Source: an uncultured Christensenellaceae bacterium
GTDB lineage: Bacteria > Bacillota > Clostridia > Christensenellales > DTU072
NCBI GenBank assembly: GCA_964480195.1
Contig: CAYZOJ010000004.1
Span: 1-53,151 of the forward strand
DNA: 53,151 bases
Reading direction: 5' to 3'
The notes beneath the pieces were generated by a model, which had not been told where the DNA came from, did no database searches, and saw nothing but the letters and a program-made list of their open reading frames with translations. The translations under genes were made by a program, and so were the position numbers. The stretch's first letter is position 1; each line of letters begins with the position of its first letter. Positions 10,447 to 20,147 of this stretch are shown in pieces.

Positions 10447-11622
10447 CTAATCGTTTGGCGAAATAATTACAGTTTCGGTGTTTTGAACGGCAGTATCAAT
10501 CAACGTTTGCACGTCGAGTCTTGTTTCGTATTCGATTGCATCGGACAATTTGGGTTTAATAACCGGATTCTTAGGCAGGAATACGGTGCAACAGTCTTCG
10601 TACGGGCGAATGCTTATATCGAAAGTGTCGATTTTGTTTGCGATGTCGATAATTTCGTATTTATCCGAGCCGATTAACGGACGATACACGGGAAGCGTTA
10701 CCACTGAATTGGTTACGATAATGCTTTGCATGGTTTGGCTGGCGACTTGTCCGAGGCTTTCACCGGTTATAATAGCACCGCAGTTATGTTCTTTTGCAAG
10801 ACGCTCGGCAACGCGCATCATAAAACGACGCATTATCGTAATCATAAAATCTGCCGGGCAATGTTCGTGTATGGCGTATTGAATTTCGGTAAACGGAACG
10901 ACGAAAAGTTTGATTTCTCCGCAATAAGCCGTCAATTTTTTTGCGAGATCTTTTACTTTTTGCAAAGCGAGTTCCGACGTATAGGGGAAACTGTGGAAGT
11001 GTATGCCATAAAGCTTTATTCCGCGTTTTGCCATAAGCCAGCCGGCGACGGGACTGTCGATACCGCCTGAAAGAAGTAACATACCGTTGCCGGAACATCC
11101 TGTCGGAAGTCCTTGCGCGCCCATGATTTTATCGTAGAACAAATAAGAATAGCCGTTTTCGCGGATATCGACAAAGACTTCGAAATCGTAATCGAACAAG
11201 TCGACTTTAAGTTTTCCGCCGGAAGCTTTAAGCATCATACCGCCTATTTTTGCGCCTATTTCGGGTGAAGTCATATAAAAACGTTTGTCCGCACGTTTGA
11301 CGGTAACGCGGAATTTCCCGCTTTTGGGACTGATTTCCGCGGCGACTCGCCCTATTTCTTCGACGTCGGTTTTAAGTTTTACGGTGGGGCTTACACTGTG
11401 TATTCCGAATACCTTTGTTAACGCGTTTATGATGTCGTCCTTATCTTCGGGCGCGAAGTTTTCGATAAAGTATCGACTTTGGGATCGTACGAAGTCGAAT
11501 TTATAAGAACTCAACGCCGTTTTGATGTTTTTTATGAGTAGCGTTTCAAAGTAGTTGCGGTTATCGCCTTTCAAAAAGATTTCGCCGAACCGTATCAGAA
11601 TGCTGTTGTATTCAACTGCCAT
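10447..11622 (-). CDS. thiI: tRNA 4-thiouridine synthase ThiI (short form, no rhodanese domain)
   Basis: GEIFLKGDNR, THUMP region, LLSGGIDSPV PP-loop, TGESLGQVASQT, EDCC. Confidence 0.95.
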   Translation of the reverse strand: MAVEYNSILIRFGEIFLKGDNRNYFETLLIKNIKTALSSYKFDFVRSQSRYFIENFAPEDKDDIINALTKVFGIHSVSPTVKLKTDVEEIGRVAAEISPKSGKFRVTVKRADKRFYMTSPEIGAKIGGMMLKASGGKLKVDLFDYDFEVFVDIRENGYSYLFYDKIMGAQGLPTGCSGNGMLLLSGGIDSPVAGWLMAKRGIKLYGIHFHSFPYTSELALQKVKDLAKKLTAYCGEIKLFVVPFTEIQYAIHEHCPADFMITIMRRFMMRVAERLAKEHNCGAIITGESLGQVASQTMQSIIVTNSVVTLPVYRPLIGSDKYEIIDIANKIDTFDISIRPYEDCCTVFLPKNPVIKPKLSDAIEYETRLDVQTLIDTAVQNTETVIISPND

Positions 11623-12739
11623 ATTTGGATAACTCCTTATATAGTTTCATATATGTATTTGTAAATTGTTCCGCTTCTTCGACTGTATTGTCGATAAACA
11701 AGCTTATACGAGTAACTCCGTCGATGTATTTGCCTTTAAGTCCGAGCCCTTCGGCGACGCGTCGAGACGCTTTGTTTGAAGAGCACGCGCTTCCCGTACC
11801 TACGAGTATCCCTTCGCGTTCGAGTGCGTGTTGCATAACTTCTCCGCGCACTTTAGGGGTGCTGAAAGTAACTATATACGGCGAAGAATTCATATCGGAT
11901 AGCACTTTTACGTCCGGAATTTCTTTGAGCATATCGAATATACGCGCGCGAATGTCGTTTAGTTTCTCGTGAGTTGCTTTAAGAGTCGAATAACGCGTTT
12001 CGACGGCTGTTTTGAATGCCATTATCGCGGGAGTATTTTCGGTTGACGAGCGTATTCCGCCTTCTTGTCCGCCTCCGAATACGATCGGCGAGAGATTTAT
12101 ATTTTTTGCCGTGTACAACGCGCCTAAGCCTTTGGGGGCACCTATTTTATGCGCACTCATCGAATACAAATCGACTTTTGTCGCGCGTAAATTTATTTCT
12201 ATCTTGCCGAATGCTTGAACTCCGTCGCTGTGGAATGTCGCTTTAGGCGCGATTTCTTTGGTTAATGCGGAAAGTTTTGCGATATCGTTGATTGCTCCCG
12301 TTTCGTTACTGACGTGAATTATCGAAACGAGCGTCGTATCCGGTGTTAAAAGCGCACGGAAGCCGTTCTCGTCCACGGTTCCGGTTTCGGTAACCGGTGC
12401 TAAAACAACGTCGTAACCGCGTTGCTTTAATTCCATTGCCGTGTAATAAACGGCGGAGTGTTCGGCTGCAGAAATGATAACCCTACCGCCTTTTAGTTTT
12501 TTGGAGCCGAGCAATGCGAGGTTGTCGCTTTCGGTTCCGCCGGCGGTAAAATATATTTTGCCGTCCGCGTGCAGTTTTTTGAGTATTGTAGCTCTTGCCG
12601 ATTCGAGATCTTGCTTTGCGGATAAACCTTCGTGATACATCGACGACGGGTTAAAGTATTTACCCGTCATATACTCGGTTGCGATGCGCACGCTTTCTTC
12701 GGTGCATTTAGTTGTGCTTGCGTTGTCGAAATATATCAT
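11612..12739 (-). CDS. Cysteine desulfurase (IscS/NifZ-like, probable partner of ThiI)
   Basis: IYFDNASTT, GGTESDN, SAHK PLP lysine, GSACSS catalytic cysteine; adjacent to thiI. Confidence 0.92.
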   Translation of the reverse strand: MIYFDNASTTKCTEESVRIATEYMTGKYFNPSSMYHEGLSAKQDLESARATILKKLHADGKIYFTAGGTESDNLALLGSKKLKGGRVIISAAEHSAVYYTAMELKQRGYDVVLAPVTETGTVDENGFRALLTPDTTLVSIIHVSNETGAINDIAKLSALTKEIAPKATFHSDGVQAFGKIEINLRATKVDLYSMSAHKIGAPKGLGALYTAKNINLSPIVFGGGQEGGIRSSTENTPAIMAFKTAVETRYSTLKATHEKLNDIRARIFDMLKEIPDVKVLSDMNSSPYIVTFSTPKVRGEVMQHALEREGILVGTGSACSSNKASRRVAEGLGLKGKYIDGVTRISLFIDNTVEEAEQFTNTYMKLYKELSKYGS

Positions 12740-12746
12740 ATTTTAT

Positions 12747-15101
12747 TTATCTTACGAGAGTCGCTATTGTAACACCGCGTTCGCCCTCTCCGTATTTTCC
12801 GTCCCGATATTCTTTGATTGCGGGATGGCGTTTTAGGACGTTGCGGACGGTTTCGCGGAGCTTGCCGGTTCCGTAACCGTGAACTATGCGGATTTCATTT
12901 ACTCCTGCCATGATTGCTTTGTCGATGTACGCTTCGAGGTTATGTCGAGCTTCTTCCGAGGTCTGTCCGATTAGCAATATTTCGGGGCTGAAAGCCTCGT
13001 TTCTCAACACGTGCGCAGTCGGCTTGACGTCGGGTTTGACGTCTTTCTTTTTTGTTTTTAGCTTTACAAGATCGTCGAGCTTGAAGTTTGAAGTCAAGCG
13101 TCCCAAACGTATTGTAGCCGAATTTTTAGTATAGTTAATATTAGATACTTCGCCTTCGGCTTTAAGAGGCTTTACGAGAACGGTATCACCGACTTTGATT
13201 TCGCCGTCGGCTTCTTCGCCGAATCCTTCGAATTCATTATCTTCGAGAACCACGTACTTTTCTAAGGATTTGCGTAGTTTTCTTGCTTTGAATAAGTTTT
13301 CTTCGGTGGGGGTATCGAGTATTTCGCGAAGTGCATTTATGATTTCGTTCGCTTCGGTCATTGCTTCTTCGACCAAGCGTTTGGTTTCGCGACGTACGTT
13401 GTCGTTAAGTTTTTCGCGTTGGGCATATAACCTGTCGCGTTCTCGTTCGACGTTCTTTTGCATTTCCGATGCGACTTTAAGGGCTTCGGCGGTTTTCTGT
13501 TCGTTTTCCTGCGCGTTGCGACGGGCTATTTCGAGAGATTGAAGGACGTTTTCAAATTCGAGTTTGCCCTCTTGAATACCCGCTCTTGCCGAATCTATGA
13601 TTTCGGGTTTAAGCCCTAACTTTTTGGCTATCAACAATGCGTTCGAAGCTCCGGGCGTTCCTACAATCAACTTGTATGTCGGGTTATAAGTTACGGGATC
13701 AAAGTCCATACTTGCGTTTTCGCAACGCTCTGTAACGACGGCGTATTCTTTTAACTCGTTATAGTGTGTGGTTATTACGGCTTTCGCACCGCTCTCCTTA
13801 AGATATGCCGAGATCGCCGTAGCGAGGCTTGCGCCTTCCGTCGGGTCTGTTCCCGCTCCGAGTTCGTCTAACAGAACAAGAGAATCCGGAGTGAGATTGT
13901 CTACGATATGTACGATATTTGCTATATGTGAAGAGAAAGTCGAAAGATTTTGTTCGATGCTTTGTTCGTCGCCGATATCGCAGAACACGTTGTTAAATAC
14001 GGAAAGTTCGGCTTCTCTTGCGGGAACGTATAAACCGCTTGCACACATCAATGTGAGTAACCCCGTAAGTTTAAGTGAAACGGTCTTACCGCCGGTGTTG
14101 GGACCCGTTATAAAGAGCAAATCGAAATCCTGACCGAGTCTTATATCCGTCGGAACGACTTTATCTTTGTTAATCAAAGGGTGTCTTCCGTGATCTATAC
14201 GAATAATTCCCTTATCGTTAACGGTGGGCAATACGGATTCGGTGGCATTTGCGTAATATGCTTTTGCGAAAATTACGTCGAGGCGCACTATTATATCGAA
14301 CGTACGCTTAATGCTTTCCGCACTCATACTGACTTTTAACGTAAATGCGCGTAAAATGCGTTCGATTTCCGCTTGTTCTTCCAAAAGATAGGTTTTTAAC
14401 GTATTATTGAGTTCGACTATCGCCATCGGTTCGACGTAAATTGTCTGCCCCGACGCGCTCTGGTCGTGAATAAGCCCGGGCACAGCACTGCGATACTCCG
14501 CCTTGACGGGTATGACGTATCTGTCACCGCGAACGGTTACGATATTGTCTTGCAAAATTTTTGCGTACTGAGCTGACGTCGTAAACGCGTAGAGTTTGGT
14601 TTTGATCTGATCTCCCGTGCGTTTTATCTTGTTTCGAATGGAAGCGAGTGCCGGCGATGCGTGGTCGTGCATTTCTGTATCCGAAATAATGGCGCGATCT
14701 ATTTCCTCTGCCAAAGCAGTGTCCGTGTAAATGGCGCTGGCTATGGATTTGATTGCCGTCAAATCGTCATCGGGAATTTGGGCGATGGAATACTTAACAG
14801 AGCTTGCGACACGCAACATTCGGCTTACACGCAAAAGCTCGCCCATCGTGAGTACGCTCATCACTTCGGCTTTATCGAGGACGTTGCTTATGTCGTCGAA
14901 AGCGAAACTGATGTTCGTCGCGTATTCGAAAGCAATCTTGTCTGCTTCGTATACTTCGCGGAGCAGTTCACGTATGTACGTAACGTTTGTAAACGGACGT
15001 ATAGCCCTTACTGCCTCTCTCGCAGGTTCCGAGGAGGCGTAAGTGGCTATTGAGTCAAGTATTTTATAAAATTCGAGAGATTTTAATGTCTTTTCTTCCA
15101 T
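12747..15101 (-). CDS. mutS2: Endonuclease MutS2
   Basis: ITGPNTGGKT, IGDEQSIEQNLSTFSSH, LDELGAGTDP, coiled coil, C-terminal Smr domain (HGYGTG). Confidence 0.95.
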   Translation of the reverse strand: MEEKTLKSLEFYKILDSIATYASSEPAREAVRAIRPFTNVTYIRELLREVYEADKIAFEYATNISFAFDDISNVLDKAEVMSVLTMGELLRVSRMLRVASSVKYSIAQIPDDDLTAIKSIASAIYTDTALAEEIDRAIISDTEMHDHASPALASIRNKIKRTGDQIKTKLYAFTTSAQYAKILQDNIVTVRGDRYVIPVKAEYRSAVPGLIHDQSASGQTIYVEPMAIVELNNTLKTYLLEEQAEIERILRAFTLKVSMSAESIKRTFDIIVRLDVIFAKAYYANATESVLPTVNDKGIIRIDHGRHPLINKDKVVPTDIRLGQDFDLLFITGPNTGGKTVSLKLTGLLTLMCASGLYVPAREAELSVFNNVFCDIGDEQSIEQNLSTFSSHIANIVHIVDNLTPDSLVLLDELGAGTDPTEGASLATAISAYLKESGAKAVITTHYNELKEYAVVTERCENASMDFDPVTYNPTYKLIVGTPGASNALLIAKKLGLKPEIIDSARAGIQEGKLEFENVLQSLEIARRNAQENEQKTAEALKVASEMQKNVERERDRLYAQREKLNDNVRRETKRLVEEAMTEANEIINALREILDTPTEENLFKARKLRKSLEKYVVLEDNEFEGFGEEADGEIKVGDTVLVKPLKAEGEVSNINYTKNSATIRLGRLTSNFKLDDLVKLKTKKKDVKPDVKPTAHVLRNEAFSPEILLIGQTSEEARHNLEAYIDKAIMAGVNEIRIVHGYGTGKLRETVRNVLKRHPAIKEYRDGKYGEGERGVTIATLVR

Positions 15102-15105
15102 TATA

Positions 15106-17508
15106 TTAACGTAGCGTTATGCCGAATCGCTCGTTTAGCGTTGTGAGTATGGCAGCGATTTCGGCGTTGACCTCGTCGTCTTTAAGAGTGCGCTCCATAC
15201 TTTGGAACGTAAGCTTTACTGCGACGCTCTTTTTGTTAAGTTCTGCGAGCCTGCCACCCGTGTATACGTCGAATACGCGTGCTTCTACAGGTAAATTTAA
15301 AGTGGAATCTTTAATTGTTGCGAGGAGCGTGCTTGCTTCGAGTTTGATGTCGCATACCAATGCCAAGTCGCGTTCCATTGCCGGGAACTTGGAAACGACT
15401 TTGAACGAATCGAAGTTCGACGCGTTATCTTCGAGGTACTCTTCGTCGAGTTCCGCAATATACATACGTTTGTCGACGCCGTATTCCGTGCCGACGACTT
15501 CGCTGACTTCGCCGAGGTATCCGATACGCGTGCCGTCATCTGCTATGATTTCCGCGGTGCGCGTCGGGTGCATATACGGGAGAACGGTTGCTTTGTATGT
15601 TGCGTTAATGCGCAATATGCTAAGTAAATCTTCGACGATAGCTTTCAAGCGATAGAAATTCTCTTTTTCGCCGTAAGCACCTATTGCCAATTTATTCTTT
15701 TCGACGGGAAGTTCACTTAAAGGTAATTCTTTTGCGATATACGTTTTTGCGACTTCAAAGAATCTTCCGTATTTATTCCCGCGTAAATAGTTGGTGGCTA
15801 TCGTTTTAATCATACTGTGAGCGAGAGTCGTACGCATTACGCTATAATCCTCACCTAAAGGGCTTAAAAGGCGTATGCAGTTTCTAAGTTCGCTGTCGGC
15901 GGGTAAATGCAGAGTATCCCAGGCTTTGGGGCTTATAAACGAATAAGTTACTATTTCGTATGCTCCTTTACCTATCAACAGATTCTTGATTTTGTCAGCG
16001 GCAAGTTGTTTTTTGTTTTTACCGCCTGCTACGACTTCGGTATCGGGCAACAACGTGGTAACGATATGATCATAACCGTAAATGCGGATAACCTCTTCCG
16101 CAATGTCGTTTATACCGACCATGTCTTCGCGATATCCGGGGACGACAGTCGAAAGTTTTTCGCCGTCGATTGTGGTTTCGAGTGTGAGAGAATTGAGTAT
16201 TTCCGCGATTCGTTCAGCGGGAACGGATACGCCCAAAATGTTTTCGATATCTTTTGCCGTGTAAACAATGGTCTTAATTTCGGGTTTTATCGGGAAATTG
16301 TCGATTGTTCCGTATACGGGAGTTCCCCAGCCGTTTGCGACAATCATTCCTATTGCTTTTTGCATACCGTAAACTTGCGACGCATAGTCGACGCCCTTTT
16401 CAAATCTTGCGGACGAATCGGAGCGAAGCCCTAAGGAACGCGACGTTCTTCTTACGTTATCGCGCGCAAATCTTGCGCTTTCAAAAACGATAGTCGTAGT
16501 ATCGGGCATTACGGAGTAGTCCTTTCCTCCCATAACGCCGGCGATTGCCATAGGCTCGTTTGCGTTTGCGATTACGAGGTTATCTTGGGTTAAAGTATAG
16601 GTTTTTCCGTCGAGGGCAGTGATTTTTTCATCTTTTTCGGCTCTGCGCACGACGATTTTATTACCGGCGATAGCGCGCAAATCGAACGCGTGCATAGGTT
16701 GACCTATCTCCATAAGAACATAGTTTGTTATGTCGACGATGTTGTTTATAGGTCTTAAGCCCACTGCTTTAAGACGACGTTTGATATAGTCGGGAGAGTC
16801 GGTGATTTTGACGTCTTTAACCATTGTCGCCATATAACGAGGGCAAAGGTCGGATGCGAGATTTTCGACGGTTAAATCCTCTAAATTCTGTACGTTGCCG
16901 TCGAGTGTCGCGTAATCTTCGGGCATATGAAGCTTTTCGCCGGTAACGGCGGCTACTTCTCTTGCAATTCCGAGAATGCCGTTTGCGTCCATGCGGTTTG
17001 CGGTAACGCCGATATCGAGTATGGTGTCGTCGGTGCCGACAACTTCGTTAATATCCTTGCCTACAGGCGTCCCGGGAAGTAAACGCAAAACGTGATCTTC
17101 GCCGGCTCCCGGATAATCCGCTTCTGTCAAATTAAGTTCTTCGCCACCGCAGAACATTCCGTCGGAATGAACGCCTCTCAATTCGCCTGCGTGTATGGTC
17201 TTGCCCGAAGCGAGTTTTGCGCCTTCGAGCGCTACCGGTACGATATCGCCCGCGACGAGGTCTACGTTATTGGTAACGATTGTTTTGGGAGTACCGTCGT
17301 TGACGTCGATGGTGCAAACGACGAGTTTATTTGCGTTGGGATGCTTTTCGACCGCAGTAATAAGTGCGGAAACAACTCCTTGTACGAGGTCTTTTTGTTC
17401 GGTTACGCCCTCGATTTCAAAACCGCAGGATACGAGTTTATTCGCGAGTTCGGTGGTAGAAAGTTTTACGTCTACAAAATCTTTTAGCCATTTTACGGGT
17501 ACTAACAT
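15106..17508 (-). CDS. pheT: Phenylalanine-tRNA ligase beta subunit
   Basis: tRNA-binding OB domain, RPINNIVDITNY, GQPMHAFD, RFEKG, EEVIRIYG, C-terminal FDX-ACB domain. Confidence 0.97.
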   Translation of the reverse strand: MLVPVKWLKDFVDVKLSTTELANKLVSCGFEIEGVTEQKDLVQGVVSALITAVEKHPNANKLVVCTIDVNDGTPKTIVTNNVDLVAGDIVPVALEGAKLASGKTIHAGELRGVHSDGMFCGGEELNLTEADYPGAGEDHVLRLLPGTPVGKDINEVVGTDDTILDIGVTANRMDANGILGIAREVAAVTGEKLHMPEDYATLDGNVQNLEDLTVENLASDLCPRYMATMVKDVKITDSPDYIKRRLKAVGLRPINNIVDITNYVLMEIGQPMHAFDLRAIAGNKIVVRRAEKDEKITALDGKTYTLTQDNLVIANANEPMAIAGVMGGKDYSVMPDTTTIVFESARFARDNVRRTSRSLGLRSDSSARFEKGVDYASQVYGMQKAIGMIVANGWGTPVYGTIDNFPIKPEIKTIVYTAKDIENILGVSVPAERIAEILNSLTLETTIDGEKLSTVVPGYREDMVGINDIAEEVIRIYGYDHIVTTLLPDTEVVAGGKNKKQLAADKIKNLLIGKGAYEIVTYSFISPKAWDTLHLPADSELRNCIRLLSPLGEDYSVMRTTLAHSMIKTIATNYLRGNKYGRFFEVAKTYIAKELPLSELPVEKNKLAIGAYGEKENFYRLKAIVEDLLSILRINATYKATVLPYMHPTRTAEIIADDGTRIGYLGEVSEVVGTEYGVDKRMYIAELDEEYLEDNASNFDSFKVVSKFPAMERDLALVCDIKLEASTLLATIKDSTLNLPVEARVFDVYTGGRLAELNKKSVAVKLTFQSMERTLKDDEVNAEIAAILTTLNERFGITLR

Positions 17509-17520
17509 TATCTTGACCTC

Positions 17521-18549
17521 CTATTTGAATTGTTTCGAGTAACGCACGTCGTTATCGAACAGCAGGCGCATATCCGGGATTGCGTACTTTATCATCGTAG
17601 CTCTTTCGATACCCATACCGAAAGCCAATCCGCTGTATTCGTGAGGATCGATTCCGCACATTTCGAGGACTGCGGGGTTGACTACGCCCGCGCCGAGTAT
17701 TTCGATCCAACCGGTGCCCTTGCAAAGTCTGCAACCTTTTCCTCCGCACATAGCGCAACTGAGGTCAACTTCGACACTGGGTTCGGTGAACGGGAAGTAC
17801 GACGGACGGAATCTTACTTTTGTGGAAGGATTGAAGAATTTTTTGGCAAATTCTTCGAGAATACCCTTCAAATCGGCAAGAGTAACGTGTTTATCAATGA
17901 CCAAACCTTCCATTTGTTGGAACATCGGGCTGTGAGTCGCGTCGTCGTCGGGGCGGTATACTTTACCGGGGCATACTATTCTGATGGGCGGTTTTTGCAC
18001 TTCCATGGTGCGAGCTTGAACACAAGAAGTCTGCGTTCTCAAAAGTATTTCGGGATTGATGTAGAAACTATCCGCAAAATCTCTCGCGGGGTGATCTGAG
18101 GGAATGTTCAACAGTTCAAAATTGTATTTTGCATATTCGATTTCGGGACCGTCTGCGACGCTAAAGCCCATACCGCAGAAAATATCGAGAAGTTCGTTTT
18201 TTACGATGGTGAGCGGATGGAGCGCGCCTTGTTCCGCGTCGGGTATCGAGAGAGTTACGTCGAGAGCTTCTTGAGCTTCCCTGTTGAGTCTTTCGCGTTC
18301 TCTGACTGCGGTTTCCGCTTTATACAAAGCTTCTTCCATTTTAATACGGACGTCGTTGATAAGCTTTCCGACGGCGGGTTTTTCTTCTTTCGGAACGTCT
18401 TTAAGTTGCTTGAGCAATGCGGTTACTTCACCGCTTTTACCGAGGTATTTAACTCTCAAATCGTTCAATTCGGAAGAATATTGGGCAAGAGCGATGGATT
18501 CGAGCCCTTGTTCGACGATATGGTCGATGATTTCTTTAATCAATATCAT
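17521..18549 (-). CDS. pheS: Phenylalanine-tRNA ligase alpha subunit
   Basis: HPARD, LLRTQTS, THSPMFQQMEG, RPSYFPFTEPS, AFGMGIER; SD AGGAGA. Confidence 0.97.
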   Translation of the reverse strand: MILIKEIIDHIVEQGLESIALAQYSSELNDLRVKYLGKSGEVTALLKQLKDVPKEEKPAVGKLINDVRIKMEEALYKAETAVRERERLNREAQEALDVTLSIPDAEQGALHPLTIVKNELLDIFCGMGFSVADGPEIEYAKYNFELLNIPSDHPARDFADSFYINPEILLRTQTSCVQARTMEVQKPPIRIVCPGKVYRPDDDATHSPMFQQMEGLVIDKHVTLADLKGILEEFAKKFFNPSTKVRFRPSYFPFTEPSVEVDLSCAMCGGKGCRLCKGTGWIEILGAGVVNPAVLEMCGIDPHEYSGLAFGMGIERATMIKYAIPDMRLLFDNDVRYSKQFK

Positions 18550-18579
18550 CTTTCATCTCCTATGTTGGTTATGCAAACA

Positions 18580-18608
18580 ATTATAACACGCACGCGCGCC
18601 TAATGCAA
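18580..18608 (-). promoter_or_regulatory. Sigma-A promoter of the pheST operon
   Basis: TTGCAT-17 nt-TATAAT with extended -10 TG, 30 nt upstream of the ATG. Confidence 0.75.
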
Positions 18609-18633
18609 TTTAATGACGACAAAAACATATAAT
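18605..18633 (+). promoter_or_regulatory. Putative sigma-E promoter of yunB
   Basis: GCAATTT-14 nt-CATATAAT; yunB is sigma-E-dependent in B. subtilis; 5 nt before the GTG. Confidence 0.5.
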
Positions 18634-18638
18634 ATTGC

Positions 18639-19295
18639 GTGACAAAATCTTCGAGAAAGATAAAAATCAAAATAATCGCCCTGTTACTTGTTGTTGCGAC
18701 GGTTGCTTTCGTGTTCTTTTATTACACGCATACCGTGTCACCGTTGGTTGTCGGAACTGCCGAAGCCGAGGTCAAAAAGATGACTTCGTCTATAGTAAAC
18801 GACGCGACCGTTCGGTTGAAGACCTATAAGGCGTTTTACGACGAATTTTACACTTATGAAAAGAACGATGTCGGGGAAATAACGTTGGTACGAGCCAATA
18901 CCGCAAGCATAAATCTTATGACGATATATGCTCGGCGTGCCGTGCAAGACGGGCTGAGCGCGCTTACGGACGGCAAAATACATATACCCGTCGGTGCGTT
19001 CAGCGGTTTGTCTTTACTTGCCGATAAAGGTTCTGAAATAGAAATAAACGTCGTACAAGTCGGAACTGCCGACGCCAAAATCAACTCTTATTATTATAGC
19101 GAAGGCGTCAATCAAACATTGCACAGGTTGGTTCTGAGAGTTACGGCGACGGTAAGAATGCTGATACCGCTAAAAGCCGAGGACGTCGAAGTCGTTACGG
19201 ATATCGTACTTGCTGAAGACATAATCGTAGGAAGAATACCCGATAGCTACATAACGGGCATATCCGACGATAACATTTTTGACTTATTACCCTAA
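18639..19295 (+). CDS. yunB: Sporulation protein YunB
   Basis: N-terminal TM; ITLVRANTASIN, IPVGAFSG, GVNQTLHRL, IIVGRIPDSY typical of YunB. Confidence 0.85.
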   Translation: MTKSSRKIKIKIIALLLVVATVAFVFFYYTHTVSPLVVGTAEAEVKKMTSSIVNDATVRLKTYKAFYDEFYTYEKNDVGEITLVRANTASINLMTIYARRAVQDGLSALTDGKIHIPVGAFSGLSLLADKGSEIEINVVQVGTADAKINSYYYSEGVNQTLHRLVLRVTATVRMLIPLKAEDVEVVTDIVLAEDIIVGRIPDSYITGISDDNIFDLLP

Positions 19296-19301
19296 GCGCG
19301 A

Positions 19302-20147
19302 CTACAACGAAAAATAATAGTTTTTCATTGTGACGGTATCTTCCGCCTGTGTGCCGTCGGACTCGCATATGACGTACGGTTCGAGCCCGCGAGCGTGGAG
19401 AACTTCCATAAGCGGACGATAGTCGGGACCGAATTTTTCGTCCGCAAAAGTAAGATGCCGTATCTCGCCCTTAGCGCCGTACTCGATTTTGCTAAAATGT
19501 ATATGCATACCGAAAACTTTGTGTTTTGGTAGGAAATCGTCCAATTTTTGTATGAGAGTATTATAATCTGACGCGCATTTTAGAATACCTCCCTCGCGCG
19601 CATTGACGTGTCCGAAGTCAATACACGGATAAAAATTGTCGGCGACAGAACACATTCGGATTATCTCGTCGACCGTTCCCATCTGCCCTTGTTTGCCCAT
19701 AGTTTCAAGACATATTTTGATATCGGAAAATTCTTTTTCGATAAGTTCGGCTTTGAGTGTTTCTAAGTTGCTAAGAACTACGTCCATCGCCTCTTCGCGT
19801 TTAAGCTTGCCTTGAGATGCAGGATGCACGACCACTCGGTTTGAGCCGAAGTCTTTAGCTTTTTTACACGATGCGGTTACGTGCGCGATTGATTTTTTTA
19901 TCATCTCGGGATCGAGGTTAGCAAAATTTATGAAATACGGAGCGTGGATGCTCATCGTAACGCCTTCTTTTTTGAATTGCTCACCTATCGTTTTTGCCGT
20001 TGCTTCGGGTAGAGTTACGCCTCTTCCGAACGAGTATTCGAAAACGTCGATACCGCGAGCTTTGCACCACGACGCGGCTTCGAGGGTCGCCGAGTGTCCT
20101 TCTTCAAAAAAACTTCTTGAGTTGCCTGCTACTCCGAATTTAATCAT
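19302..20147 (-). CDS. Endonuclease IV-like TIM-barrel protein (AP endonuclease family 2)
   Basis: SIHAPYFIN, VVHP, LETMGK, CIDFGH, HIHFS metal-binding motifs. Confidence 0.85.
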   Translation of the reverse strand: MIKFGVAGNSRSFFEEGHSATLEAASWCKARGIDVFEYSFGRGVTLPEATAKTIGEQFKKEGVTMSIHAPYFINFANLDPEMIKKSIAHVTASCKKAKDFGSNRVVVHPASQGKLKREEAMDVVLSNLETLKAELIEKEFSDIKICLETMGKQGQMGTVDEIIRMCSVADNFYPCIDFGHVNAREGGILKCASDYNTLIQKLDDFLPKHKVFGMHIHFSKIEYGAKGEIRHLTFADEKFGPDYRPLMEVLHARGLEPYVICESDGTQAEDTVTMKNYYFSL

